Below are positions 15,721 through 24,879 of a DNA stretch of 32,000 nucleotides, piece after piece; the first letter of the stretch is position 1; every line of letters begins with the position of its first letter. The notes beneath the pieces were generated by a model. The model saw nothing but the letters and a program-made list of their open reading frames with translations. It had not been told where the DNA came from and ran no database searches. The DNA is from Mycolicibacterium smegmatis. Its GTDB lineage: Bacteria > Actinomycetota > Actinomycetes > Mycobacteriales > Mycobacteriaceae. A program made the position numbers and the translations under genes. Location of the stretch: the NCBI RefSeq assembly GCF_001457595.1, contig NZ_LN831039.1:5460001-5492000 (forward strand), given 5' to 3'.

Positions 15721-15740
15721 GGGAAACAAATCTGTTTCCC
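15721..15740. promoter_or_regulatory. Palindromic operator upstream of the OYE gene, same motif as 13792..13817
   Basis: GGGAAACA-AATC-TGTTTCCC has perfect 8-bp arms and sits about 200 nt upstream of GTG 15523. Confidence 0.6.
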
Positions 15741-15783
15741 CTTGGCGAAGCAGCGCGGGATACCGGTATACGAGTCGCAGAGG

Positions 15784-16525
15784 TCAGACCGCCGGCGACG
15801 CCGACACCACCACCGACGGACGCGGGAACCGCAGCGTCGCACACGCGTCGTCGAGTGTCCCGTCGACGGCCGCGGCAACCTCGGACAGCTCCCCCGCCCC
15901 GGCTCCGAACGTCAGGTGACGCCCCCCCGAGCGCGATGCGGGTGAGCATGACGCCGTGGTCACGACGGATGCGGCTCATCTCGGCCAGCATCACCGCGAC
16001 GGCCGACGGGTAGCTCACGCTGTGATGCGCGGCATGGTCGACGTCGCCGTACATCCCGACCACGTCGACCGTCGCGCAGTCGAACACTGTCCTGGTGAGC
16101 CTGCGGCGCAGCGACCCCAACAGCACGGCTTGCCGACGACGGGTCACGGCCAGCACGTCGACATGGTCGGCGCGAGACACCACCACCCGCCCGACGCGTA
16201 GACCGACCGAGCAGAACACCAACTCGTCGGCCGACAGACCCTCGGCGTGCGCGGTCACGCGCGACGGATGCACACCAGCGGACCGTGCGATCGCCAGTTC
16301 GTGCCCGTCGCGCACCTCGACGGCGACACTGCGGTCACGCACCCAGCGCGCAACCGCCTTGTCGCGCAGCGCGTTCGCGGGCAGCGCCAACTCCACCACC
16401 CCGAGGCGCCGGCGCCCGGCCGAGTAGGTGCGTCGGGTGTCGGCAGGCGCGGCGGCCCGCGGAGCAAGCAGGGACATGAGCTTCGTCGAGTGGGTCACCC
16501 CTCGAACATCCATCAACCGAGCCAT
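15784..16525 (-). pseudogene. Orn/DAP/Arg-decarboxylase-fold (LysA-like TIM barrel) relic, frameshifted and truncated
   Basis: From ATG 16525, MARLMDVRG...ARWVRDRSVAVEVRDGHELAIARSAGVHPSRVTAHAEGLSADELV...VVGMYGDVDH...RIALGG aligns by eye to the LysA barrel but lacks the PLP lysine context. At the C7 run 15922..15928 the LysA-like sequence continues only in another frame (HLTFGAGAGELSEVAAAVDGTLDDACATLRFPRPSVVV) and stops at TGA 15786..15784, so there is no C-terminal beta domain. Confidence 0.55.
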
Positions 16526-16742
16526 GACGACGAGTGTCCTGGCGGAGTCTTGGCCGCTGCTGTACAAACCTTGACGCCGCACTGACAGTCCGTCGGGAAC
16601 CGCCTGTGCGCCGGCTTCGAACAAACGGTGTCAAATACGGCCGCCGCACCGTAAAGAAACCATCAAGGCCGCGTTCGCGGTCCTGAACTGGGCAGATCCT
16701 TGATCAGCCCGTCGAGATCCGGCGGGCGTAAAAGGAGACAAC

Positions 16743-16826
16743 ATGTCCGTGTTGGTCTACCTGGCGCTGACGGTGGCGATCTTCGCGCTGCTCGGCCTGG
16801 TGCAGAGGCTGGTCGAGCGCCAGTGA
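16743..16826 (+). CDS. 27-codon hydrophobic micro-ORF upstream of and overlapping kdpF
   Basis: ATG 16743 is preceded by AAAGGAGA (16731..16738). It encodes [27 protein letters not shown]. Its TGA (16824..16826) overlaps the kdpF GTG (16823..16825). Confidence 0.5.
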   Translation: MSVLVYLALTVAIFALLGLVQRLVERQ

Positions 16827-16909
16827 TCGAAAACGTCGTCGGGCTGATCCTCGCGGTGCTCATCGCCGTGTTCATCGGCGCCGCACTGCTCTTCCCGGAG
16901 AGGTTCTAG
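16823..16909 (+). CDS. kdpF: K+-transporting ATPase subunit F
   Basis: 28 aa, (M)[27 protein letters not shown]: a single TM helix with the KdpF-type LLxPExF end. The stop overlaps the kdpA GTG by 1 nt. Confidence 0.75.
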   Translation: MIENVVGLILAVLIAVFIGAALLFPERF

Positions 16910-18579
16910 TGTCCCCCACCACCGCGGGGATCGCGTTCCTCGCCTCGCTGGTCGCTGCCGTCGTGCTGGTCCATGTTCCGCTGGGCGACTACATGTACCG
17001 CGTCTACACCTCCGAAAAGGATTCGCGCGCCGAACGTTTGATCTACCGGGTGATCGGTGCCGACCCACGCGCCGAGCAGAGCTGGGGCTCCTATGCCCGC
17101 AGTGTGCTGGCGTTCTCGGCCGTGAGCATCGTGATCCTGTTCGGTCTCCAGCTGGTCCAGGGCCGTCTGCCGCTGCACCTGCACGACCCGGCCACCCCGA
17201 TGACCCCCGCGCTGGCCTGGAACACCGCGGTCAGCTTCGTCACCAACACCAACTGGCAGGCCTACGCCGGCGAGTCGACGCAGGGACACCTGGTCCAGAT
17301 GGCGGGTCTGGTGGTACAGAACTTCGTCTCGGCCGCGGTGGGCATGGCCGTGGCGATCGCGCTGGTCCGCGGGTTCGCGCGCCGCCACACCGGCGAACTC
17401 GGCAACTTCTGGGTGGACCTGGTGCGCGGCAATCTGCGCATCCTGCTGCCCCTCGCGATCGTCGGCGCCCTTCTGTTGGTCGCCGGCGGTGCGATCCAGA
17501 ACTTCGCGCTGCACGAGCAGGTGGTGACGACGCTGAGCGGCGCGGCGCAGACCATCCCCGGCGGTCCGGTCGCCGGCCAGGAGGCCATCAAAGAACTGGG
17601 CACCAACGGCGGCGGCTTCTTCAACGTCAACTCGGCGCACCCGTTCGAGAACCCGACACCGTGGACCAATTGGCTGGAGAACTTCCTGATACTGCTCATC
17701 CCGTTCTCGCTGCCGCGCACGTTCGGCCGCATGGTCGGCAGCGCCCGGCAGGGCGTGGCGATCGCGGCGATCATGGGCGCGATCGCCCTGGCCAGCGTGA
17801 GCTTGACGATGCTGCTCCAGCTGCAGCACCACGGCACCGTCCCGACTGCGGTCGGCGCGGCCATGGAGGGGGTCGAGCAGCGCTTCGGGGTCGCGGATTC
17901 GGCGGTGTTCGCGGGTTCGACGACCCTGACGTCGACGGGTGCGGTGAACTCGTTCCACGACTCCTACACGAGCCTCGGCGGACTGATGACGATGTTCAAC
18001 ATGCAGCTCGGCGAGATCGCCCCGGGCGGTGTGGGTTCGGGCTTGTACGGCATGTTGATCCTGGCGATCATCACCGTGTTCGTCGCGGGACTGATGGTCG
18101 GGCGTACCCCGGAGTATCTCGGTAAAAAGATCACACCACGTGAGATCAAGCTCGCTGCAAGCTATTTCCTGGTAACCCCGCTGATCGTGCTGACCGGCAG
18201 CGCCATCGCCATGGCGATGCCCGGACAACGCGCCGGCATGCTCAACACCGGACCGCACGGCCTGTCGGAAGTGCTCTACGCCTTCACGTCGACCGCCAAC
18301 AACAACGGCTCGGCCTTCGCCGGTATCAGCGTCAACACCGAGTGGTACAACACCGCGCTGGGCCTGGCGATGGTGTTCGGCCGCTTCCTGCCCATCATCC
18401 TGGTGCTGGCCTTGGCCGGATCCCTTGCCAGCCAGGGTGTCACGCCCAGCTCGGTCGGCACCCTGCCCACCCATCGGCCGCAGTTCGTCGGCATGACGGT
18501 GGGCGTCACCCTCATCCTCGTCGCCCTGACGTTCCTGCCCATATTGGCACTCGGGCCGCTCGCCGAAGGAATTCACTGA
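16909..18579 (+). CDS. kdpA: K+-transporting ATPase subunit A
   Basis: 556-aa polytopic protein containing [15 protein letters not shown] and NNGSAF selectivity-filter-type motifs. Confidence 0.95.
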   Translation: MSPTTAGIAFLASLVAAVVLVHVPLGDYMYRVYTSEKDSRAERLIYRVIGADPRAEQSWGSYARSVLAFSAVSIVILFGLQLVQGRLPLHLHDPATPMTPALAWNTAVSFVTNTNWQAYAGESTQGHLVQMAGLVVQNFVSAAVGMAVAIALVRGFARRHTGELGNFWVDLVRGNLRILLPLAIVGALLLVAGGAIQNFALHEQVVTTLSGAAQTIPGGPVAGQEAIKELGTNGGGFFNVNSAHPFENPTPWTNWLENFLILLIPFSLPRTFGRMVGSARQGVAIAAIMGAIALASVSLTMLLQLQHHGTVPTAVGAAMEGVEQRFGVADSAVFAGSTTLTSTGAVNSFHDSYTSLGGLMTMFNMQLGEIAPGGVGSGLYGMLILAIITVFVAGLMVGRTPEYLGKKITPREIKLAASYFLVTPLIVLTGSAIAMAMPGQRAGMLNTGPHGLSEVLYAFTSTANNNGSAFAGISVNTEWYNTALGLAMVFGRFLPIILVLALAGSLASQGVTPSSVGTLPTHRPQFVGMTVGVTLILVALTFLPILALGPLAEGIH

Positions 18580-20726
18580 TGCCAGTCCACACCGCCCACC
18601 AGGCGGTCTCCAACCACGCGAACCCCAAACCCACCAGCCAGGTTCAGGGCGGGTTGCTCGACCCAACAATGTTGTGGCGTTCGCTGCCCGACGCGCTGCG
18701 CAAGCTGAACCCGCGCACCCTGTGGCGCAACCCGGTGATGTTCATCGTCGAGGTGGGTGCCGTGTGGTCCACGATCCTCGCGGGTGTGAACCCCACTTGG
18801 TTCGGTTGGCTGATCGTGGCGTGGCTGTGGCTGACCGTGGTGTTCGCCAACGTCGCCGAGGCCGTCGCCGAGGGCCGCGGCAAGGCCCAGGCCGAGTCGA
18901 TGCGCAAGACCAAGGCCGACACCATGGCACGCCGGCTCACCGAGTCGGGCGCCGAGGAAGCTGTCCCGGCACCGCAACTGCGGCAGGGTGACATCGTCGT
19001 CGTGGAAGCCGGCCAGACCATCCCGGGCGACGGTGACGTCGTCGAAGGCATTGCCTCGGTCGACGAATCGGCCATCACCGGCGAATCCGCCCCGGTCATC
19101 CGGGAATCGGGTGGCGACCGTTCGGCGGTCACGGGCGGCACCACGGTGCTCAGCGACCGCATCGTCGTGCGCATCACCCAGAAACCGGGCGAGAGCTTCA
19201 TCGACCGCATGATCGCGCTGGTCGAGGGCGCCAACCGGCAGAAGACACCCAACGAGATCGCGCTGAACATCCTGCTCGCCGCGCTGACCATCATCTTCGT
19301 GTTCGCCGTCGCAACCCTGCAACCCTTGGCGATCTACGCCAAGGCCAACAACCCGGGTGTGCCGGACAGTCTGGCGCTCACCGGCAACGGGATCAGCGGC
19401 ATTGTCATGGTGGCGCTGCTGGTGTGCCTGATCCCGACGACCATCGGCGCGCTGCTGTCGGCCATCGGCATCGCCGGTATGGACCGGTTGGTGCAACGCA
19501 ACGTGCTCGCGATGTCGGGCCGCGCGGTCGAGGCCGCGGGTGACGTCAACACGCTGCTGCTGGACAAGACCGGCACCATCACGCTGGGCAACCGGCAGGC
19601 CGCGGCGTTCGTACCGCTGACCGGCGTGACACCCGAATCCCTCGCCGACGCCGCACAGCTGTCGAGCCTGGCCGACGAAACCCCCGAGGGCCGTTCGATC
19701 GTCGTGTTCGCCAAGCGCGAGTTCGGGTTACGCGCCCGCACCCCGGGCGAACTCGCCGAGGCGCACTGGATCGAATTCAGCGCCACCACGAGGATGTCCG
19801 GCGTCAACCTTGGCGAGCACCGCCTGCGTAAGGGCGCCGCCGCGGCGGTCGTCGACTGGGTCCGCGGCGAGGGCGGCACCGTACCGGTCGAGTTGTTCGA
19901 CGTCGTCGACGCGATCTCACACGCCGGCGGCACACCCCTGGTGGTCGGGCACGTCATCACCGACGACACCGACCCCAAGCGGGCCGAGGTGCTCGGCGTC
20001 ATCCACCTCAAAGACGTTGTCAAGCAAGGCATGAAGCAGCGTTTCGACGAAATGCGGCGCATGGGGATCCGCACCGTGATGATCACCGGCGACAACCCGT
20101 TGACGGCCAAGGCCATCGCCGACGAGGCCGGAGTCGACGACTTCCTCGCCGAGGCCACCCCGGAGGACAAACTCGCGCTGATCAAGCAGGAGCAGGCCGG
20201 TGGGCGTCTGGTCGCGATGACCGGCGACGGCACCAACGACGCACCCGCCCTGGCGCAGGCCGACGTGGGCGTCGCGATGAACACCGGCACGTCGGCGGCC
20301 AAGGAGGCCGGCAACATGGTCGATCTGGATTCCGACCCGACCAAGCTCATTGAGATCGTGGAGATCGGCAAGCAGTTGCTGATCACGCGTGGTGCACTGA
20401 CGACGTTCTCGATCTCCAACGACATCGCGAAGTACTTCGCGATCATCCCGGCGTTGTTCGTCGGCCTGTTCCCCGGACTGGACCTGCTGAACATCATGCG
20501 GTTGCACAGCCCGCAATCGGCGATCCTGTCGGCGGTGATCTTCAACGCGATCGTGATCGTCGCTCTGATCCCGTTGGCCCTCAAGGGTGTCCGCTACACC
20601 CCGAGCAGCGCGGCGAAACTGCTCAGCCGCAACCTCTACATCTACGGCCTCGGCGGCATCATCGCGCCGTTCCTCGGCATCAAACTCATCGACCTGGTAG
20701 TCCAACTTCTCCCCGGGATGTCCTGA
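18579..20726 (+). CDS. kdpB: K+-transporting ATPase subunit B (P-type ATPase)
   Basis: Starts at ATG 18579, overlapping the kdpA TGA (MPVHTAHQ...). Contains [17 protein letters not shown] and [17 protein letters not shown]. The 79 upstream codons of track ORF 18342 lie inside kdpA. Confidence 0.95.
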   Translation: MPVHTAHQAVSNHANPKPTSQVQGGLLDPTMLWRSLPDALRKLNPRTLWRNPVMFIVEVGAVWSTILAGVNPTWFGWLIVAWLWLTVVFANVAEAVAEGRGKAQAESMRKTKADTMARRLTESGAEEAVPAPQLRQGDIVVVEAGQTIPGDGDVVEGIASVDESAITGESAPVIRESGGDRSAVTGGTTVLSDRIVVRITQKPGESFIDRMIALVEGANRQKTPNEIALNILLAALTIIFVFAVATLQPLAIYAKANNPGVPDSLALTGNGISGIVMVALLVCLIPTTIGALLSAIGIAGMDRLVQRNVLAMSGRAVEAAGDVNTLLLDKTGTITLGNRQAAAFVPLTGVTPESLADAAQLSSLADETPEGRSIVVFAKREFGLRARTPGELAEAHWIEFSATTRMSGVNLGEHRLRKGAAAAVVDWVRGEGGTVPVELFDVVDAISHAGGTPLVVGHVITDDTDPKRAEVLGVIHLKDVVKQGMKQRFDEMRRMGIRTVMITGDNPLTAKAIADEAGVDDFLAEATPEDKLALIKQEQAGGRLVAMTGDGTNDAPALAQADVGVAMNTGTSAAKEAGNMVDLDSDPTKLIEIVEIGKQLLITRGALTTFSISNDIAKYFAIIPALFVGLFPGLDLLNIMRLHSPQSAILSAVIFNAIVIVALIPLALKGVRYTPSSAAKLLSRNLYIYGLGGIIAPFLGIKLIDLVVQLLPGMS

Positions 20727-20727
20727 C

Positions 20728-21594
20728 ATGTCTTTCACCAACATCGTCCGCCAACACACCGCCGCGCTGCGGGCGCTGCTGGCGCTCACCGTGGTCCTCG
20801 GCCTCGGCTACCCGGTGTTCATCTGGCTGGTGGCCCAACTACCCGGGCTGCAGGACAAGGCCGACGGATCGATCATCGAGGTGGCCGGAAAATCGGTGGG
20901 CAGCAGCCTGATCGGGCAGTCGTTCACCGACGCCGACGGCAACCCGCTGCCGCAGTACTTCCAGCCCCGCCCGTCTGCCGCCGGTGACGGATACGACCCG
21001 ATGGCCACCAGCGCCAGCAATCTGGGACCGGAAAGCGTCATCGACCAACCGGACAAACCCAGCCTGCTGACCCAGGTGTGCCAGCGCAGTCGAGCGGTCG
21101 GGGACGTCGACGGGATCAGCGGTGCGCGGCCGTTCTGCACGCCGGCCGGCGTGGGTGCGGTGCTGTCGGTGATCGGACCGCGTGATTCGCACGGCAACGT
21201 GATCACGCCCACGCGGGTGGTCAGCGTCAACGAACCGTGCGCGGACACCAAGGCCCCGTTCCTCTACACGTACGAAGGTGTACGGGTCGAGTGCGCCGAA
21301 CCCGGCGAGAACTACGCGGTGGGCCAGATCGTGCCCGTCCGCGGGACCGCCGCACCGCAGGTGCCTGCCGACGCGGTCACCGCGAGCGGCAGCGGGCTCG
21401 ACCCGGACATCTCCCCCGCCTACGCCGACCTGCAGGTGAACCGCATCGCCTCAGCACGCGGCGTGGACCCGCAACGGGTACGCGAGTTGGTGGCCCAGCA
21501 CACCGAGGGCCGCACGCTGGGATTTCTCGGTGAACCACGGGTGAACGTGCTGGAACTCAACATCGCTCTCGACACCCTGGCCGCGCATGGATGA
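20728..21594 (+). CDS. kdpC: K+-transporting ATPase subunit C, long form
   Basis: N-terminal TM helix, SSLIGQSF, and the conserved C-terminal part VTASGSGLDPDISPAYA...LGEPRVNVLELNIALD. About 80 extra residues lie between the conserved blocks. Confidence 0.9.
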   Translation: MSFTNIVRQHTAALRALLALTVVLGLGYPVFIWLVAQLPGLQDKADGSIIEVAGKSVGSSLIGQSFTDADGNPLPQYFQPRPSAAGDGYDPMATSASNLGPESVIDQPDKPSLLTQVCQRSRAVGDVDGISGARPFCTPAGVGAVLSVIGPRDSHGNVITPTRVVSVNEPCADTKAPFLYTYEGVRVECAEPGENYAVGQIVPVRGTAAPQVPADAVTASGSGLDPDISPAYADLQVNRIASARGVDPQRVRELVAQHTEGRTLGFLGEPRVNVLELNIALDTLAAHG

Positions 21595-24121
21595 TGGTCA
21601 TGTGACTACGCGGGCGTCGAACGCCTCGAAGCGCGGCGAGCTGCGCATCTACCTGGGTGCCGCGCCCGGCGTGGGAAAGACGTACGCGATGCTCGGGGAG
21701 GCGCACCGCCGGCTCGACCGCGGGACCGACCTGGTGGCCGCTGTCGTCGAGACCCACGGACGCAAGAACACCGCAGAGCTCCTCGCCGGCATCGAGGTCA
21801 TTCCGCCGCGGTACATCGAGTACCGCGGCGGCCGGTTCCCCGAGCTGGATGTGCCCGCGGTGCTGGACCGCAAACCGCAGGTGGTGCTGGTCGACGAACT
21901 CGCGCACACCAACACCCCCGGCAGCAAGAACGCGAAACGCTGGCAAGACGTCGACGAGTTGCTCAACGCCGGGATCACCGTGATCTCGACGGTGAACGTG
22001 CAGCACCTCGAAAGCCTCAACGACGTCGTCGCGGCGATCACCGGCATCGAACAGCAGGAGACGGTACCCGACGAGGTGGTGCGTTCGGCCGACCAGATCG
22101 AACTGGTCGACATCACTCCGGAGGCGTTGCGGCGCCGGCTGTCTCACGGCAACGTGTATGCACCCGAGCGGATCGACGCCGCGCTGTCGAACTACTTCCG
22201 GCGGGGAAACCTCACGGCGCTGCGGGAATTGGCACTGCTGTGGCTGGCCGATCAGGTCGACGCGGCGCTGGCCAAGTACCGGGCCGACAACAAGATCACC
22301 GCGTTGTGGGAAACCCGCGAACGTGTCGTCGTCGCGGTCACCGGCGGAACGGAGTCGGAAACGTTGGTGCGCCGCGCGTTCCGCATCGCGTCGAAGTCCA
22401 GCGCCGAACTCATGGTGGTCCATGTGGTTCATGGCGACGGACTCACGGGCATCTCGGCTGCCCAGATGGGCAAAGTGCGTGAACTCGCGGTGAGCCTCGG
22501 CGCCACGGTGCACACCGTCGTCGGTGATGACGTGCCCACTGCGCTGTTGGACTTCGCGCGTGACATCAACGCCACCCAGTTGGTGCTCGGCACATCCCGT
22601 CGGTCGCGGTGGGCGCGGATGTTCGACGAGGGCATCGGGGCGACCGTCGTGCAGCAGTCCCAAAAGATCGATGTCCACATGGTGACCCACGAAGCCGCCA
22701 AACGCGGATTCCGTTGGTCCTCGACCTCACCACGGCAGAGGCACGCGGCCTCGTGGGCCGCAGCGCTGATGGTGCCATCCCTGATCTGCGCGTTCTCGGT
22801 CGCGATTCTCGATCCGTTCCTTGACGTCGGCGGCAAGAGCGCACTGTTTTTCGTCGGAGTGCTGGTGGTCGCCCTACTCGGCGGTGTCGCTCCCGCGGCG
22901 TTGTCGGCCGTGTTGTCCGGACTGCTGCTCAACTACTTCCTGACCAGCCCACGACACACGTTCACCATGTCCGATCCGGACAGCGCGCTCACCATCGTCG
23001 TGCTGCTCGCGGTGGCAGTCGCCGTCGCGGCCCTCGTGGACGGTGCGGCCAAACGGGCCCGGGAGGCCCGCCACGCGTCGCGGGAGGCCGAACTGCTCGC
23101 ACTGTTCGCCGGATCGGTGCTGCGCGGCGCCGATCTCACGGCACTGCTGGAGCGTGTCCGCGAAACCTACGCGCAACGTGCGGTGAGTCTGTTGCGTGAA
23201 ACATCTGATGGCGCAACCATCGTCGACTGCGTCGGTCAGGATCCGTGTGACCGCGTCGCCGCCGCCGACACCGCAGTGGAGGCCGGAGACGAGTTTTGGC
23301 TGCTGCTCTCCGGCCGGGAGTTGCCCGCACGCGACAGGCGTGTGTTGGGCGCGGTCGCCAACCAGGCCGCAGGACTGGTCCGCCAACGCGAACTCACCGA
23401 AGAGGCCGCGAAGGCCAACGCGATCGCGAAAGCCGACGAGTTGAGCCGCTCACTGCTGTCGGCGGTGAGCCACGACCTGCGCACCCCACTGGCCGCCGCC
23501 AAGGCCGCCGCGTCGAGTCTGCGCAGCTGCGACATCGACTTCTCTGCCGAGGACACCGCCGAATTGCTCGCCACCATCGAGGAATCCGTCGATGCGCTCA
23601 CGGCACTCGTCGGCAATCTGCTCGACTCCTCACGGTTGGCCGCCGGGGTGATCCACCCCGAGTTGAGGCCGGTGTATCTGGAGGAGACGGTGCAACGTGC
23701 ACTGCTCGGAATCCGTCGCGGCCCCACCGGTTACGGCCGCTCCGCCGTGGACCGGGTAAAGGTCGAGGTGGGTGACTCGGTGGCACTGGCCGACGGCGGC
23801 CTGCTCGAGCGCGTGCTGGCCAACCTGATCGACAACGCCCTGCGGTACGCGCCCGACGGTTTGATCCGCGTGACGGCGGGACGCGTCGCGAACAAGGTGC
23901 TGATCGCCGTTGTCGACGAGGGCCCCGGAATTCCACGCGGCGCCGAGGACGCGTTGTTCGCACCCTTCCAACGGCTCGGCGACACGAATACCACCACTGG
24001 TGTGGGCCTGGGACTCTCGGTGGCCAAAGGGTTTGTCGAGGCCATGGGCGGCACCATCTCGGCGGGAGACACCCCGGGCGGCGGGTTGACCGTCGAGATC
24101 GAACTGGCGGTCCCGGCATGA
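21587..24121 (+). CDS. kdpD: Sensor histidine kinase KdpD
   Basis: 844 aa with a KdpD N-terminal domain (Walker A GAAPGVGKT), a Usp-like domain, four TM helices, H-box SHDLRTPL, and N/G boxes (DNALRYAP, GVGLGLSV). Confidence 0.95.
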   Translation: MDDGHVTTRASNASKRGELRIYLGAAPGVGKTYAMLGEAHRRLDRGTDLVAAVVETHGRKNTAELLAGIEVIPPRYIEYRGGRFPELDVPAVLDRKPQVVLVDELAHTNTPGSKNAKRWQDVDELLNAGITVISTVNVQHLESLNDVVAAITGIEQQETVPDEVVRSADQIELVDITPEALRRRLSHGNVYAPERIDAALSNYFRRGNLTALRELALLWLADQVDAALAKYRADNKITALWETRERVVVAVTGGTESETLVRRAFRIASKSSAELMVVHVVHGDGLTGISAAQMGKVRELAVSLGATVHTVVGDDVPTALLDFARDINATQLVLGTSRRSRWARMFDEGIGATVVQQSQKIDVHMVTHEAAKRGFRWSSTSPRQRHAASWAAALMVPSLICAFSVAILDPFLDVGGKSALFFVGVLVVALLGGVAPAALSAVLSGLLLNYFLTSPRHTFTMSDPDSALTIVVLLAVAVAVAALVDGAAKRAREARHASREAELLALFAGSVLRGADLTALLERVRETYAQRAVSLLRETSDGATIVDCVGQDPCDRVAAADTAVEAGDEFWLLLSGRELPARDRRVLGAVANQAAGLVRQRELTEEAAKANAIAKADELSRSLLSAVSHDLRTPLAAAKAAASSLRSCDIDFSAEDTAELLATIEESVDALTALVGNLLDSSRLAAGVIHPELRPVYLEETVQRALLGIRRGPTGYGRSAVDRVKVEVGDSVALADGGLLERVLANLIDNALRYAPDGLIRVTAGRVANKVLIAVVDEGPGIPRGAEDALFAPFQRLGDTNTTTGVGLGLSVAKGFVEAMGGTISAGDTPGGGLTVEIELAVPA

Positions 24122-24810
24122 CCGCCCCGATCAAGACCCGCGTGTTGGTGATCGACGACGAACCGCAGATCTTGCGGGCCCTGCGCATCAACCTGTCGGT
24201 ACGAGGCTACGAGGTGCGCACCGCGGCAAGCGGCGCCGAGGCGTTGCACAGCGCCGCCGACCACCGACCCGACGTCATCGTGCTCGATCTCGGGTTGCCC
24301 GACATGTCCGGGATCGAGGTGCTGCACGGTCTGCGGGGATGGTTGAGCGCCCCGGTGATCGTGCTCTCGGCGCGCACCGACTCCTCCGACAAGGTCGAGG
24401 CCCTCGATGCCGGGGCCGACGACTATGTCACCAAACCCTTTGGCATGGACGAGTTCCTGGCCCGCTTACGCGCGGCCGCGCGTCGCGCCGCGGTGCCCGA
24501 GACCGATCAACCGGTCATCGAGACCACATCGTTCACCGTTGATCTCGCCGCGAAGAAGGTGATCAAGAACGGCGCCGAGGTGCACCTGACGCCCACCGAG
24601 TGGGGCATGCTGGAAATGCTGGTGCGCAACCGCGGCAAGCTCGTCGGCCGCGAGGAACTGCTCCGCGAGGTGTGGGGCCCGGCCTACGCCACCGAGACCC
24701 ACTATTTACGCGTCTACCTCGCGCAGCTTCGCCGTAAGCTCGAAGACGACCCCTCGCACCCGGTGCACCTGCTCACCGAGGCAGGCATGGGTTACCGCTT
24801 CGAGGCGTGA
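24118..24810 (+). CDS. kdpE: OmpR-family response regulator KdpE
   Basis: Receiver domain (VLVIDDEP...DVIVLDLGLPDMSG) plus a winged-helix output domain (LTPTEWGMLEMLV...GMGYRF). The start overlaps the kdpD stop (ATGA). Confidence 0.95.
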   Translation: MTAPIKTRVLVIDDEPQILRALRINLSVRGYEVRTAASGAEALHSAADHRPDVIVLDLGLPDMSGIEVLHGLRGWLSAPVIVLSARTDSSDKVEALDAGADDYVTKPFGMDEFLARLRAAARRAAVPETDQPVIETTSFTVDLAAKKVIKNGAEVHLTPTEWGMLEMLVRNRGKLVGREELLREVWGPAYATETHYLRVYLAQLRRKLEDDPSHPVHLLTEAGMGYRFEA

Positions 24811-24819
24811 CGTCCCTCG

Positions 24820-24879
24820 CCGAGCAGACATAAAACTGCCCATTTCGGCGCGAAAATGAGCAGTTTTACGTCTGCTCGG
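24820..24879. terminator. Long bidirectional hairpin between convergent kdpE and recQ
   Basis: CCGAGCAGACATAAAACTGC (24820..24839) pairs with GCAGTTTTACGTCTGCTCGG (24860..24879) at 19 of 20 positions. The 20-nt loop is itself partly self-complementary. The right arm encodes the last recQ codons. Confidence 0.65.

Noticed and set aside
15760-15769. The perfect 10-bp palindrome ATACCGGTAT as an additional CsoR/CstR-type box.
   Set aside because: It shares only the ATAC/GTAT ends, lacks the C/G-tract and 4-nt spacer of the boxes at 10812..10883, and lies just after the stop of a pseudogene. It is too short to exclude chance.
14417-16624. The 735-aa ORF read as a single decarboxylase-OYE fusion protein.
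   Set aside because: The middle 120 residues are Arg-rich nonsense that spans palindromic operator DNA and hairpins. OYE has its own SD and GTG at 15523. The decarboxylase-like homology continues in a different frame to a stop at 15784.
16530-16742. A riboswitch (for example c-di-AMP ydaO-type) or KdpE direct-repeat site in the kdp leader. ACAAACCTTGAC, ACAAACGGTGTC and AGAAACCATCAA recur at 16564, 16621 and 16655.
   Set aside because: I could not recognise the conserved riboswitch core by eye. The three A-AAAC-containing 12-mers are loosely similar and irregularly spaced (57 and 34 bp), unlike OmpR-type tandem half-sites. Covariance-model and footprint data would be needed.
18342-18578. The 79-codon N-terminal extension of kdpB in the track ORF (794 aa).
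   Set aside because: It lies entirely inside kdpA in another frame. ATG 18579, overlapping the kdpA stop, gives a normal KdpB N-terminus.
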